64,000 nt of DNA from Myxococcota bacterium (GTDB lineage: Bacteria; Myxococcota_A; UBA9160; UBA4427), in NCBI GenBank assembly GCA_965250285.1, contig OZ252299.1:2496001-2560000 (forward strand). Direction: 5' to 3'. The notes beneath the pieces are model-generated. The model saw nothing but the letters and a program-made list of their open reading frames with translations. It made no database searches and had not been told where the DNA came from. Positions 40,802 to 50,514 of this stretch are shown one piece after another. Each line of letters begins with the position of its first letter. Position 1 is the stretch's first letter. The position numbers and the translations under genes are program-made.

Positions 40802-42595
40802 GTGCTGTCGATCAAGAAGCTCAAGACGGGCTGCGAGCACTACTACGTTGGCCTGCAGGTCGAGGACTACTACCTCAAGGGAGGCGAACCGCCTGGCACT
40901 CTTGTGGGCATCTACGCGGGTCCCGTCACTCGGCCGCTCCTTCGAAGCCTGCTACTCGGCTTCGACCCCGAAACTGGTGATGGCCTGGTACAGAACGCCG
41001 GCAGCAAGGGTCGCATCCCGGGGTACGACCTCACGGTGTCTGCCCCAAAGTCAGTCTCTGTCGCCGCGGCCTTGGCGCCCCCCGAACTTCGCGATCAGAT
41101 CCGGGAAGCACATTCGCAATCCGTCGTACACATGCTCGGTGTTGCCGAAGCGATCGCAGGACGGTCTCGAATGGGGAAGGCTGGCCGGCGTGTGGTACCA
41201 GCGCGGCTCACGTTCGCGATATTCGAGCACGGGACCGCCCGGCGCGTCGACAACCACCTCCCAGATCCTCAACTCCACACTCATTGCGTGGCACCAAACG
41301 TGGCGCTCCGCCCGGATGGCTCCACCGGCGCGTTCGTATCGAAGTGCTTCTACGAACACCAGCTTCTTCTCACGTCGATCTACCGCTATCAGCTGGCGCA
41401 GCGACTTGGGAAGCTTGGCTTCGATGTCCTGCCGCTCGACAAGCAGCGCGGATTCCGACTCACCTGTATTCCAATCGAGCTCGAGCGTCAGTTCTCTAAG
41501 AGGCGCAAGGAGATCAAGCGAGAGCTCGCTCGACAGGGAGTCTCTGGTCCGGCTGCATCCGAAAAAGCGGCTCTCGCCACGCGGCTTTCGAAAGTCAAGC
41601 CACCGCCTCGAATCGAGCTGCTCGCGAACTGGAAGGCCCAAGCCGACGCGCTGGGCCATGAGATTCATTGGCCTGGTTCTGAACCCGAAGACACGCAGCC
41701 TCGCCGTGACCAACCCACCCCGAACCAGCGGAGGCTCATCAGCGCAATGATTAAGCGCGAAGCGAACCTCCTCTCCGAGTACAAGCCGCACTTCGATCGC
41801 GAAGAGCTGCTCTGTCGAGCCTACGACAAGGCCATCGGCGATCCGATGTCGACTACCGACGTAGCGTGGGCAGTCAATAGCTTCCTGAATGGACCCGCAG
41901 TCGTCCGGATCACGGACGAGAATGGCAGAGAGTTCTACCGGACCTCGGCTGCTCAAAAGAGCCGCAGACAGCTACGAGAAGTCCTGCAACGAGAAGCAGG
42001 AGACCGCGCCGGCCGAGTGCTCTGCCTGCGGTCTGACTCGACCCGCTGGGCCGCGTCGTATGAAATCGCCCGATCTCTCCGCCGTGAGGGGACACACGTC
42101 GTTCTTGTCACCAGGTCCAAGCGCGGCGCCGAAGCCCTCGCGCGCGAGTCGCGGCGAGAACGGGACGACGAGACGAAGGTCCGAGGCTCGGAGGTCGAGG
42201 CCACGACCCTCTCCAAGTTCCAATCGAACCTTGATCGCGGCCACTTTCACAGAGGGCCCCTTCCTCCGGCGTGGCTGCGAGATGCAGCCCGAGCGCTGGG
42301 CGCCATCACAGAGCGCGCGAATCGCTACCTGGCATGGTCTTCCGATCGCCGCCCTCTCGAGATCGGGCGCAGGAGCGTCGTCCTCGTAGATGAAGCTCAC
42401 AAGCTCACTGCGAGCGAGATCAGCGCCCTGATCGATGCGACGCACCGACACGGCGCACGTGTCGTCTTCCTCGGTAGGGAGCAGGGCGTCTACGGCGACG
42501 TCGCCCTCCCCCGGCTCCGCCCGCGGCCGGAGCAAGAACTTCCGCGAGCGCTTGCAGACAGCTTGAAGCGCGAGCCTGAGCCGGAGGTCTCGTAG
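40802..42595 (+). CDS. mobF: MobF (TrwC/TraI-like) relaxase with degenerate helicase tail
   Basis: HYY...EDYY, DLTVSAPKSVS, FEHGTAR..DPQLHTH, FSKRRKEI. Confidence 0.92.
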   Translation: MLSIKKLKTGCEHYYVGLQVEDYYLKGGEPPGTLVGIYAGPVTRPLLRSLLLGFDPETGDGLVQNAGSKGRIPGYDLTVSAPKSVSVAAALAPPELRDQIREAHSQSVVHMLGVAEAIAGRSRMGKAGRRVVPARLTFAIFEHGTARRVDNHLPDPQLHTHCVAPNVALRPDGSTGAFVSKCFYEHQLLLTSIYRYQLAQRLGKLGFDVLPLDKQRGFRLTCIPIELERQFSKRRKEIKRELARQGVSGPAASEKAALATRLSKVKPPPRIELLANWKAQADALGHEIHWPGSEPEDTQPRRDQPTPNQRRLISAMIKREANLLSEYKPHFDREELLCRAYDKAIGDPMSTTDVAWAVNSFLNGPAVVRITDENGREFYRTSAAQKSRRQLREVLQREAGDRAGRVLCLRSDSTRWAASYEIARSLRREGTHVVLVTRSKRGAEALARESRRERDDETKVRGSEVEATTLSKFQSNLDRGHFHRGPLPPAWLRDAARALGAITERANRYLAWSSDRRPLEIGRRSVVLVDEAHKLTASEISALIDATHRHGARVVFLGREQGVYGDVALPRLRPRPEQELPRALADSLKREPEPEVS

Positions 42596-42597
42596 CG

Positions 42598-44511
42598 ATG
42601 CGCAAGCTGCGAATCACGCTCGGTGTCGCCACCGGGGTCATGGCTGCAGTCGCCATTGGCGCCTTTCTGTTCCTGCTCTACGCGGAGTCTCCAACAGGCC
42701 AGGAACGCGACCTCGCGCGCCAGCTGGCCCAGGGCGCGGCCATCGCGTCCCTCGCCACAGGACTCCTGCTCGAGATCGTCCTCCCCCGGACTCCTCCGCA
42801 GAGTCCGTCGCTCTACGGGCGACACTGGATTGGCGGCGCTTCCGATCGCCTGGCTGCAGACGATTGGCGAGACCGTCTCAGGGCGGTTCGGAGCCGCGAC
42901 CGCAACTATCCCGTTCACGTCGGACCTGTTTGGGTGCCCGATTCGGTCGGACGCTTCGGCATCTTGCTTCTCGGCTCACAGGGTTCAGGCAAGACCCTGA
43001 GCCTGCGCCTCCTGATCCAACACCTGGTCCACACCCTCGTGTCCGGTGGCCTCGTCGCTCGAATCGTCATCAGCGACCCCAAGTCACGGACAAGCGACTA
43101 CAACCTCCTCAACTCCACGGTCGAGATGGTGGAGCGCTACACGGCCGCAGTCGCCGAGCCCCGTCCGTGCCCCATCTACGTTCTGAGCCCGTTCGACTCG
43201 CGCTGTTCCAACCCGGTTCTTTCGGACCTCGTCCAGCAGCAAAAGCACGCCCAGGCTCTCGCCGAGTCCTGGATTCGCGGAGTGCCGGCTGGGGGAGACG
43301 GCATCTACTGGCGAAACGCTGCACGCCTCGTCCTCGCTGCGGTGATGTTCGCGTTCGCGAAGCTCTCGGACGAAGATGAGTTCTGGGACTTCAGGGACGT
43401 ACTCCTCGCGATTCGCAGCCCCGAAGTCTTGACGCATATCTTGGATCAGCTTGCCGAGACCCGAGGCCTCGCGCAGGTCTTCCTCCATCTCTCCGAGCGA
43501 CAGGCCGCGTACGTATGCGGAACTCTCATTGCGTACCTGCGCGAATTCGAGCCGCTGGCGGCCGGCTGGCACCAAGCAGTCGGATGGGAGCATGCCCCGA
43601 AGCGAGTGGAGCTTCGGGCTTGGGCAGAGGGAAGAACTCCCGGAATCGTCTACCTGGGTGGCGACGACGACAACGAAGAGCTGCTCGGCAGAATGTGGAG
43701 TGGTCTGGTTCAGCGAATGCTCAGCCTGAACATGCAGCACCCACGAGGCGAGACCTGGTACGTGCTCGACGAGGCAGGGACTCTCGAGAGCGGAAACAAG
43801 CGCGACGAACCCTCGATTCTGTCGACTCCTCTATCGCAGGCGCGCCAGAAAGGCATTCGGTTCGCGCTTGCCTACCAGTCGTTCCTGCAGCTGAAGGTGA
43901 ACTACGGAGAGGACCAGGCGCACCAGCTGTCCAGCCACCTCGAGAACATCGTCGTGTTCAAGCAGAGTGGAACGGCGGCTGCCGAAGCTGCGAGCAAGCT
44001 CCTCGGCGAGATGGAGATCCTCCACGAGGTTGAGAACGAGTCCGAGCAGTGGGGGCCCGGCGATATCGGCTTGCAGCGCACCGGCACCGGGACCAGTACG
44101 AGCCGAACGCACGCACTCACCAGGATCTTCCAGCCTGGAGAACTGCAGGATCTCCCAAGGTGCTCGTTCGAAGGTGGAATGACTGCAGTCGTTTCGATGC
44201 CCGAGGTCGGCCGATTCCGCGCCCGGTTGAACGGGCGAAAACTTCGCGAACGACTTCTCCCGCATAGCTCGCACTGCGAGACCTACGAGGACTGGCCGAA
44301 TCCCCTTGAGCTCAAGCCGTGGGATGCCAACGACTACTTGCGGCTTGGTATTCCACAGCCGCCGCACCTGGACCCCGCCGAAGTACCGACAACGCTCGAT
44401 CCTTCGGAGCGCAAGTCGTTCGACGAACTAGTTCGCGAATACGCACCGGAGGCCTACCAGTACCTGGCCGACCACGATGAGTTCGAAGATCAAGACGGAG
44501 AAAACCAATGA
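42598..44511 (+). CDS. Type IV coupling protein (TraD/TrwB-like)
   Basis: Two N-terminal TMs, Walker A GSQGSGKT, DPK, Walker B YVLDEAG, ARQKG, YQSFLQLKVNYG. Confidence 0.88.
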   Translation: MRKLRITLGVATGVMAAVAIGAFLFLLYAESPTGQERDLARQLAQGAAIASLATGLLLEIVLPRTPPQSPSLYGRHWIGGASDRLAADDWRDRLRAVRSRDRNYPVHVGPVWVPDSVGRFGILLLGSQGSGKTLSLRLLIQHLVHTLVSGGLVARIVISDPKSRTSDYNLLNSTVEMVERYTAAVAEPRPCPIYVLSPFDSRCSNPVLSDLVQQQKHAQALAESWIRGVPAGGDGIYWRNAARLVLAAVMFAFAKLSDEDEFWDFRDVLLAIRSPEVLTHILDQLAETRGLAQVFLHLSERQAAYVCGTLIAYLREFEPLAAGWHQAVGWEHAPKRVELRAWAEGRTPGIVYLGGDDDNEELLGRMWSGLVQRMLSLNMQHPRGETWYVLDEAGTLESGNKRDEPSILSTPLSQARQKGIRFALAYQSFLQLKVNYGEDQAHQLSSHLENIVVFKQSGTAAAEAASKLLGEMEILHEVENESEQWGPGDIGLQRTGTGTSTSRTHALTRIFQPGELQDLPRCSFEGGMTAVVSMPEVGRFRARLNGRKLRERLLPHSSHCETYEDWPNPLELKPWDANDYLRLGIPQPPHLDPAEVPTTLDPSERKSFDELVREYAPEAYQYLADHDEFEDQDGENQ

Positions 44512-44843
44512 AGGAAACACCCACGTACGAAGAGCTGGTCGACGACTACTCCTACACGGAGCTCGTCAAGCTGAAGAGCGATCTCGAGGCAGCACTCGAG
44601 ACCGTCAAGAAGAAGACAGCGGAGAGGCTCCGCGAGGAATACCGCCAGGCAGCTGAGGAGAGCGGCCTGACCCTGGCCGAAGTCCTCGCGAAGCCGAAAA
44701 AGACAAAGTCGGCCGCGACCGTCCAGTACCGAGATCCAGAGGACGCCGCCAATACCTGGAGCGGGCGCGGGCGCAAACCCAAGTGGGTCGAGGACTGCCT
44801 CGAACGCGGACTCACGCTCGACGACCTCTCGGTGACCAAGTGA
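44508..44843 (+). CDS. hns: H-NS family nucleoid-associated protein
   Basis: YRDPED..NTWSGRGRKPKW. Confidence 0.92.
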   Translation: MKETPTYEELVDDYSYTELVKLKSDLEAALETVKKKTAERLREEYRQAAEESGLTLAEVLAKPKKTKSAATVQYRDPEDAANTWSGRGRKPKWVEDCLERGLTLDDLSVTK

Positions 44844-44854
44844 AGGAGTAAGCC

Positions 44855-46126
44855 ATGTCTACTCACGAGAATGCAGTTGGCAGTGTCGCGATTCGCCACG
44901 AGCCGGCAGATGTTCCGAGGCTCATCGTCGGATCTGCACTCGCCAGAAGAGCCCAGCAAATCATCCATCGCCGCGAACAGCGCGAACGCGCCGTTCACGC
45001 CCGGGTCCACGCACGACTGGCGAAGCTGCCGGAGCCGGAGAGCTGGAACGAGCTTGCTGGGGTCTGGCGCTCTGGAATTCGCGCTTCGTTTCACGAGATG
45101 CGCGAGGACATTGCACCTTCCGCACGTACAGCCGCCGAGTCAGTTCGGGCCGCTGACAGCCATCTTCGAATGCATGGCTACGCGGCTGAACCAGCGACAA
45201 CCCAACGGGGCCGAGCCTTCAAGCGCTTCGCGCTGATCGCAGTGCTCGATTTCTTTCTTACGCTCTTCCTGTTCCGGGACCATGCACCAGACCTCCTGAC
45301 GGCCTTCGGCAGTTCTCTCCTCTTCGTTGTGGTGGCCGCTGTCCTCCCCGGAATTCTTGGCATCCTGGATGCTCATGCTCGGGTGGGCGCCAGGAATGGG
45401 TTGAGCAAGGCTGCTGTTCGAGCGGGTTGGGTAGCAGCGGTTCTCGCGGGCCAGGTCGTCGTCCTCTGGTTCCGCGGGGCGGGTCTTGCGGAGGTTGCCC
45501 CAGAGCAGCTTCTGTTCCTTGACCCGCCCGTTGATCTGGCGTCGCTCGGGGCTCTTCTGGTCGGGCTGGCCTGCGGCGCCTACAGCTTCCTCGAGGGCTG
45601 GCAGACGGTCGGGGTTGACCCGGAATGGGCTCGCCTCAAGGCCGCGAGGGAGCAAGCGGTTCGCCAGCACGAGCGGGTCTTCGCTGGTCAGCTTGCTCAA
45701 CGTTCGGAGGAGGCCCGCCAGCTTCTCAGTGAGTACGCCGACTTCCGCGCTGATCATGAGAGATACGGCCGAAAGGTCGATGCGCAGGTCGCCAGCCTAG
45801 AGAACGCCGTTGGCACGACGAACGCCCTGGTCGAACGGCAGCAGAGGTCTCTGTTGACCCGACTGCTCGAGTACCCGGCCGGCTTTCAAAATGCCGCAGC
45901 GCGGCCTGCCGGGGTGGCTCCCGAGCTCGTTCCGATTGGCGTCACCAGGGCGCTGAGCGAGATGAGGTCAAGGACGGAGGCGCGCCTAGCCAGCGCCGAC
46001 GCTGCTCGCCTGTCGCGCGAACAGCTCGACGCGCTCCTCGCAGGTGCTGAGCGCGATGTGAGGGCGGCGATCGAGGCGTTTGCAGGGCTGAAGGACCGAG
46101 TTACCGCCCAAGAAAGGAGTCGGTGA
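44855..46126 (+). CDS. Membrane protein (4 TM) with long coiled-coil flanks
   Basis: AGGAG RBS; central hydrophobic cluster, Ala/Arg/Glu-rich helical ends. Confidence 0.7.
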   Translation: MSTHENAVGSVAIRHEPADVPRLIVGSALARRAQQIIHRREQRERAVHARVHARLAKLPEPESWNELAGVWRSGIRASFHEMREDIAPSARTAAESVRAADSHLRMHGYAAEPATTQRGRAFKRFALIAVLDFFLTLFLFRDHAPDLLTAFGSSLLFVVVAAVLPGILGILDAHARVGARNGLSKAAVRAGWVAAVLAGQVVVLWFRGAGLAEVAPEQLLFLDPPVDLASLGALLVGLACGAYSFLEGWQTVGVDPEWARLKAAREQAVRQHERVFAGQLAQRSEEARQLLSEYADFRADHERYGRKVDAQVASLENAVGTTNALVERQQRSLLTRLLEYPAGFQNAAARPAGVAPELVPIGVTRALSEMRSRTEARLASADAARLSREQLDALLAGAERDVRAAIEAFAGLKDRVTAQERSR

Positions 46127-46890
46127 TGCGCTTCCAACTTCTCGGGAAGAGGCTTCGCAAGACGGTCAGACGACTTGCGGCGGCCGCAACGAACGACGCC
46201 GAAGGGGCCGCAGCGTCGATCGGAATCGGTCTGGTCATTGTTCTCGGAACGGTTCTGCTGCTCGCCGGACGCACGTCCGGTGTAGATGAGCGCGGTTGTC
46301 CGCCCGAAGTCCCGACCACCATCTCGGTCTTGGTCGATGCGACGGACCAGCTGCCCGAACACCGAGCGATCGGTCAGTGGCTTCGGTCTCGGTTCGCCTC
46401 TGCGCCTGCGGGAGCACGAATCCGGATTGCACCGCTGAATGGCGTGGGACCCGCAGCGTTTCGCCCGGTCTTTGATCGCTGCCTGCCGGGAGAATCCCGA
46501 ACGACGAATTCGAGAGTGGCCGAGCGAGAACGGGAACGAGTAATCGAATCAGCCTGGGCAGCAGTCGAAGATGTACTCCGACAAGCGGGCTCACTTTCGG
46601 AATCGAGGATTCTCGAGTCCGCCATACGCGCTGCGCGGGAGACTCCGGCTGGCGAGGTACTCGTCGTCACCGATGGATTGGAGAACAGCAGCTTGTACCG
46701 CTCGTACGGTTCGAACTCGGGAAAGGAGCTCCCGGAAGAACCACTCGTTGACGAGCTTCGACCTGTATCCCTGAGAATCGTCGTCGTCGTCCGAAACGGA
46801 CCGCTGATGGCGAGGCAGGAGCGGGCGATTCGGGAGTTCTGGTCTCCGGCGGTCTCATCTTTGCCCAGAGCCTCTATCGAGAGACTGTAG
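46123..46890 (+). CDS. Membrane-anchored vWA-like protein
   Basis: TM anchor; ISVLVDATD, SRILESAI, VLVVTDGLENS (MIDAS-like). Confidence 0.6.
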   Translation: MMRFQLLGKRLRKTVRRLAAAATNDAEGAAASIGIGLVIVLGTVLLLAGRTSGVDERGCPPEVPTTISVLVDATDQLPEHRAIGQWLRSRFASAPAGARIRIAPLNGVGPAAFRPVFDRCLPGESRTTNSRVAERERERVIESAWAAVEDVLRQAGSLSESRILESAIRAARETPAGEVLVVTDGLENSSLYRSYGSNSGKELPEEPLVDELRPVSLRIVVVVRNGPLMARQERAIREFWSPAVSSLPRASIERL

Positions 46891-46938
46891 AACCGACCCC
46901 TGCCGGAGATTCCTTGTCCGGCGCGAAAGGACCAAACG

Positions 46939-47265
46939 ATGGGAACGAACACCCCTGACGAGGCGTACGAACTCGCAGAGAGCGTCCAAGCCCACCTCGA
47001 CAAGCTCTATGGGAACCAGTGGATGATCCGAGTAGAGGTCCATCCGACTGAGTCTGACGGAGGAGATTGGCTGCTCAGCATCGGAGCACGGAGCCGACAC
47101 GACCCGGCGCGCGAGGCTGTTTCGTTCGACGTCGCGAAGGTTCGGCAGACTGCCTTCGGCGTTGAACTCTTGCACGCCGTCATCGAGCAGGAGCTCTATG
47201 TCCACACCCGAGAGCTCCAACTCGAGCGGGAGCAGACCGGACCGGAGATCGAGTTTGGGCACTAG
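46939..47265 (+). CDS. Hypothetical protein
   Basis: AAGGA RBS; 108 aa. Confidence 0.5.
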   Translation: MGTNTPDEAYELAESVQAHLDKLYGNQWMIRVEVHPTESDGGDWLLSIGARSRHDPAREAVSFDVAKVRQTAFGVELLHAVIEQELYVHTRELQLEREQTGPEIEFGH

Positions 47266-47573
47266 TCGCGCGCGGCACCCAGGATTTCGAGGGCTCTCGC
47301 GACGGCGTCTTCTCCGGGCGGCATAGGACCGCTGCCATCGATGTCGCGGGCAATCAGGAAGAGCAAGCCGCGCTCCAGCTTGGAAACGCGCTCTGAGAGT
47401 GCCCGCATCCGTGGGCCCGCATCCCCCGCATTTCGCTTCGAGTGACTCCGGAGAATCCGAACGATCAACTCGGACAAGGTGAGGTCCGAACGTTCGCGTT
47501 CGTCTTCGAGCTCGTGATACAGCCCAAGCGGCAGCCGCACCGAAACCGCCCTTGAGCGACGCTTAGCTGTCAT
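47262..47573 (-). CDS. Ribbon-helix-helix (CopG/TraY-like) protein
   Basis: AVSVRLPLGLYHEL...LTLSELIVRIL. Confidence 0.7.
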   Translation of the reverse strand: MTAKRRSRAVSVRLPLGLYHELEDERERSDLTLSELIVRILRSHSKRNAGDAGPRMRALSERVSKLERGLLFLIARDIDGSGPMPPGEDAVARALEILGAARD

Positions 47574-47589
47574 ACGCTTTTCCTTCACA

Positions 47590-48070
47590 AATTCAAATAG
47601 TTACGACGACACGATAGCAACACAGAATCACTGCTGTCATACAGAAACTCTTCACAAAATCAGCACCTTACGAGCGCACCGCCAGGTGCATGGGGTGTGT
47701 CGAGTGAAACGAGACGGGGGATAGGGACCGGGCGCCCGCGCCCGGAAAGGGGCGCGCCCCTTTCGGCCCGCAGGGCCGGCCCAGGAATCAGCGGCAAGTC
47801 GTGGCGCAGCTTTCCACGGCCGCGAGGAAGCGAAGGGACCTCGAAGTCCCGCAGCGACCGAACCGGTTGTGGAAAGGTGCGCCGCGGCGATTCCGCTCCT
47901 GGGGATAGGGACCGGCCGCGTGAGCGGCTGGAAAGGGGCGAAGCCCCTTTCGGCGCTAGCCGTCCGCGAGTTTTCCACAGGGCCTACCGTTCGGGGGGCT
48001 AAGGACTGGGAAAGGGACCGGGCGCTTGCGCCCGGAAGGGCGCGTGCCCCTTTCGGCGATAGCCGTAGAG
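47590..48070. other. Candidate oriT region with three double-hairpin repeats
   Basis: Non-coding; units at 47717-47767, 47901-47954, 48008-48057; flanked by RHH gene and mob genes. Confidence 0.55.
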
Positions 48071-48117
48071 GCGCCTGTTCTATGGAGTCGCGCGCCGACG
48101 GACGCCCGTGCGAGGAC

Positions 48118-48519
48118 TCATTCGAGGTATTGGCGGATGAGGGCAGGCTCCTCGAGCAGGTCGAGCAGCCCTTGCCGATAGAGCTGCCCGGTCCACCTGC
48201 CGTCCCTCACGTCATTGCTCCGATATGCCCGCCACTTCTCCTCCGAGAGGCCAGATGGCTTCTCTCTTATCGAGCTGGCATGGAATCTCCACCGCCCTGT
48301 CTCGCCCTTCACATAGATGAAAGTCGCGCAGTATTCGTCGCGAAAAGCCTTTCCCTCTACGTGGAGTTCCAGCTGCTCCTCTCCACGCCAAAGCGTCTCA
48401 ACCAACCAACCAGCCGCTTCGGCCCGCTCGATAATCTCCCGATACCCCTTCGGCGCCTCCACACCTTCCTCCTCCTGGCCAGTCTTTGAGGTTACGAAAC
48501 CTTCGGAGTTCGTATCCAC
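48118..48519 (-). CDS. Hypothetical protein
   Basis: 133-aa ORF with globular composition. Confidence 0.5.
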   Translation of the reverse strand: MDTNSEGFVTSKTGQEEEGVEAPKGYREIIERAEAAGWLVETLWRGEEQLELHVEGKAFRDEYCATFIYVKGETGRWRFHASSIREKPSGLSEEKWRAYRSNDVRDGRWTGQLYRQGLLDLLEEPALIRQYLE

Positions 48520-48611
48520 CGCCGCCTATCGCCACGGAGACACCTCGAGACGATGTTTGATTAAGAATCGATTTCGTGGCTTGATGGGGTGTGAGTGACC
48601 CAATTGGCGCC

Positions 48612-48653
48612 GACATCCGCCCCCGAGCCCGCCGGGTCTCGGGGGCGGATGTC
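48612..48653. other. Perfect 16-bp inverted repeat upstream of the PC4-like genes
   Basis: GACATCCGCCCCCGAG ... CTCGGGGGCGGATGTC. Confidence 0.7.
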
Positions 48654-48704
48654 AGGAGCGAGATGGTCTCTCTCCTGGGCCTCTAGCCCGAATGGGAGAG
48701 AGCC

Positions 48705-48980
48705 ATGTCAGGTTATTCCGAAGCACGCGGTCAGCGGCCGACTCACGCGATTCGAGTCGGTGCAGTCGAGGCCGCCATTTGGCGCAACGAGCGGAAGGAC
48801 GGAAGCCCCTTCTACTCCGTCACGTTCAAGCGAAGTTACTTGGACGAAGGGCGTGGGTGGCAGGAATCCGTCTCTTTCGCAGAGCGCGAGTGCCTCGTAC
48901 TCGCGCGCGTTGCGCTGGAGGCGCAGTCCTGGATTCGCACACAAGCGCGAGAGGCTGAGCAGGCCGCTGGGTCCGCGTGA
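48705..48980 (+). CDS. Small PC4/Whirly-like putative ssDNA-binding protein, paralog 1
   Basis: P...IRVGAVEAAIWRN....FYSVTFKRSYLD...WQES.SF. Confidence 0.65.
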   Translation: MSGYSEARGQRPTHAIRVGAVEAAIWRNERKDGSPFYSVTFKRSYLDEGRGWQESVSFAERECLVLARVALEAQSWIRTQAREAEQAAGSA

Positions 48981-49089
48981 TTCGAGTCCGCATCGGGACG
49001 CGACCTCGGGAGAAGTGTTCTCCCGAGGCGCTCCCGAAAAAGGTTGCGCCACTTGGGTCGACTCACGCCATAACACTGATGGAGTAACG

Positions 49090-49353
49090 ATGAGCAACAA
49101 CCCACCAATAAAGAAGTATCGCCATGGGAGAGTCTCGTGCGCGATTTGGCAGAACGAACACGAAGGCGAACCGTTCTTCACTTGCAGCCTCACCGGAAGC
49201 TACAAGGACAAGACGACAGGCGAATGGAGAGATAGCCACACCTTTAGCCTCTACGACCTCTTTGCCGTTCTTCGCTGCGTGTGCGACGCGGCCGCTTTCC
49301 TGACGCTTTCGCCGTCGGACCCGATGGAACCGAACTTGGGGGTCGAACAATGA
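49090..49353 (+). CDS. Small PC4/Whirly-like putative ssDNA-binding protein, paralog 2
   Basis: P...YRHGRVSCAIWQN....FFTCSLTGSYKD...WRDS.TF; GGAG RBS. Confidence 0.65.
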   Translation: MSNNPPIKKYRHGRVSCAIWQNEHEGEPFFTCSLTGSYKDKTTGEWRDSHTFSLYDLFAVLRCVCDAAAFLTLSPSDPMEPNLGVEQ

Positions 49354-49886
49354 GCGGCCGCACAGTTCCAAGACGCCCGTTTCCTTTTCAGGACGACACT
49401 CCGTCGCTCACCGACCTATTCCCGCCAGCGTGTGGGAGGGCAATCGCGAATGCGTTTCGACGAATGGAAGTAGCCGAGGAAGAAATCCGCGCGGCGGTCG
49501 CGAGATATCCCAACAAGGCCGCCGAAATCGATGGGGCCTTTCCGTATCTCTGCCCCACCGCGGTCCTCAAGGAACTCGGTGACGAAGTCTTCCGAGCTCA
49601 CTGTCGCGAGATGCTGGAACGAGCTGCGCAGGGCCACGATATGGACCGTGGTACGACCGCCGAAGTTCTTGCGGTCCTCTCTCGCGGCTCGGAGGTCGCG
49701 CATCTGAGCCGAATCGGAACGCTCCTCTATCGCGAGCTGTTCTGGCGGCTATTCCCAGAAGAGGCCGCGGTCCTCGAAACCTCCCAGGGCGGGCCGAAAC
49801 CGGATGAGTATGAGTTGGAGTGCATGGCCGACCTGGAGGAGGAACTTCGGCGCCGAGTTGCCGCCGACCGGGACCCAGTCGAGTAA
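49350..49886 (+). CDS. Hypothetical protein
   Basis: ATGA and TAATG overlaps with both neighbours. Confidence 0.65.
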   Translation: MSGRTVPRRPFPFQDDTPSLTDLFPPACGRAIANAFRRMEVAEEEIRAAVARYPNKAAEIDGAFPYLCPTAVLKELGDEVFRAHCREMLERAAQGHDMDRGTTAEVLAVLSRGSEVAHLSRIGTLLYRELFWRLFPEEAAVLETSQGGPKPDEYELECMADLEEELRRRVAADRDPVE

Positions 49887-50482
49887 TGGGACATGGTCCC
49901 GAGGCTGAAAGGCCTACCGACTCGGGTGGAGTTCCGAGCGAGCCGACCCCAAGCGCAGAACCCGACCCTTGGGCCGAGGCCTCGCTTCCACGAGTCGAAC
50001 CGGAGACAGAGGCGCCTCGAGCCGCCAGCGAGACGACGCGCGTGCGCGAAGTCGTCCTGCAGTACCGAGGGCGCGCACTGCGGGCTCCCAGCGTTATTCG
50101 GGAGCCCGCCGGGGCCGTCGACCTCGCCCGACGAATCGTGCGAGACGACGCGCGTGAGCACTTCCTCGCCGTCTATCTGGATGGCCGCCACCGCCCCATT
50201 GGCCACTCAGTGGTCTCCATTGGTACGGCGACCGCGTCGCTCGTTCACCCGCGCGAGGTCTTCCAGAGTGCCGTTCTCCTCGGTGCCGTCTCGGTGCTTC
50301 TGCTCCACAACCATCCGTCTGGCGACCCATCACCGAGCCGAGAGGACTCCGAAGTGACAGACCGGCTGCGAGATGCAGGTCGAATTCTGGGCATCCGGCT
50401 TCTCGACCACATCGTGTGGACTCGGCACGGCGGCTATCACTCCTTTCGAGAAAGCTCGCCGGCCGAATTCGACCGCAGTTAG
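49886..50482 (+). CDS. radC: RadC-like JAB domain protein
   Basis: REHF, VHPREVF, HNHPSGDPSPSRED, LLDHIV. Confidence 0.92.
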   Translation: MGHGPEAERPTDSGGVPSEPTPSAEPDPWAEASLPRVEPETEAPRAASETTRVREVVLQYRGRALRAPSVIREPAGAVDLARRIVRDDAREHFLAVYLDGRHRPIGHSVVSIGTATASLVHPREVFQSAVLLGAVSVLLLHNHPSGDPSPSREDSEVTDRLRDAGRILGIRLLDHIVWTRHGGYHSFRESSPAEFDRS

Positions 50483-50514
50483 ACGCGATACGAGAACGCG
50501 AGGGTTGCTGGCCG

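Noticed and set aside
40802..46890. Self-transmissible ICE with a full T4SS
   Set aside because: No VirB4 or other mating-pair genes recognised in the window.
47717..48057. CRISPR array
   Set aside because: Only three imperfect ~50-bp units with unequal spacing and no cas genes.
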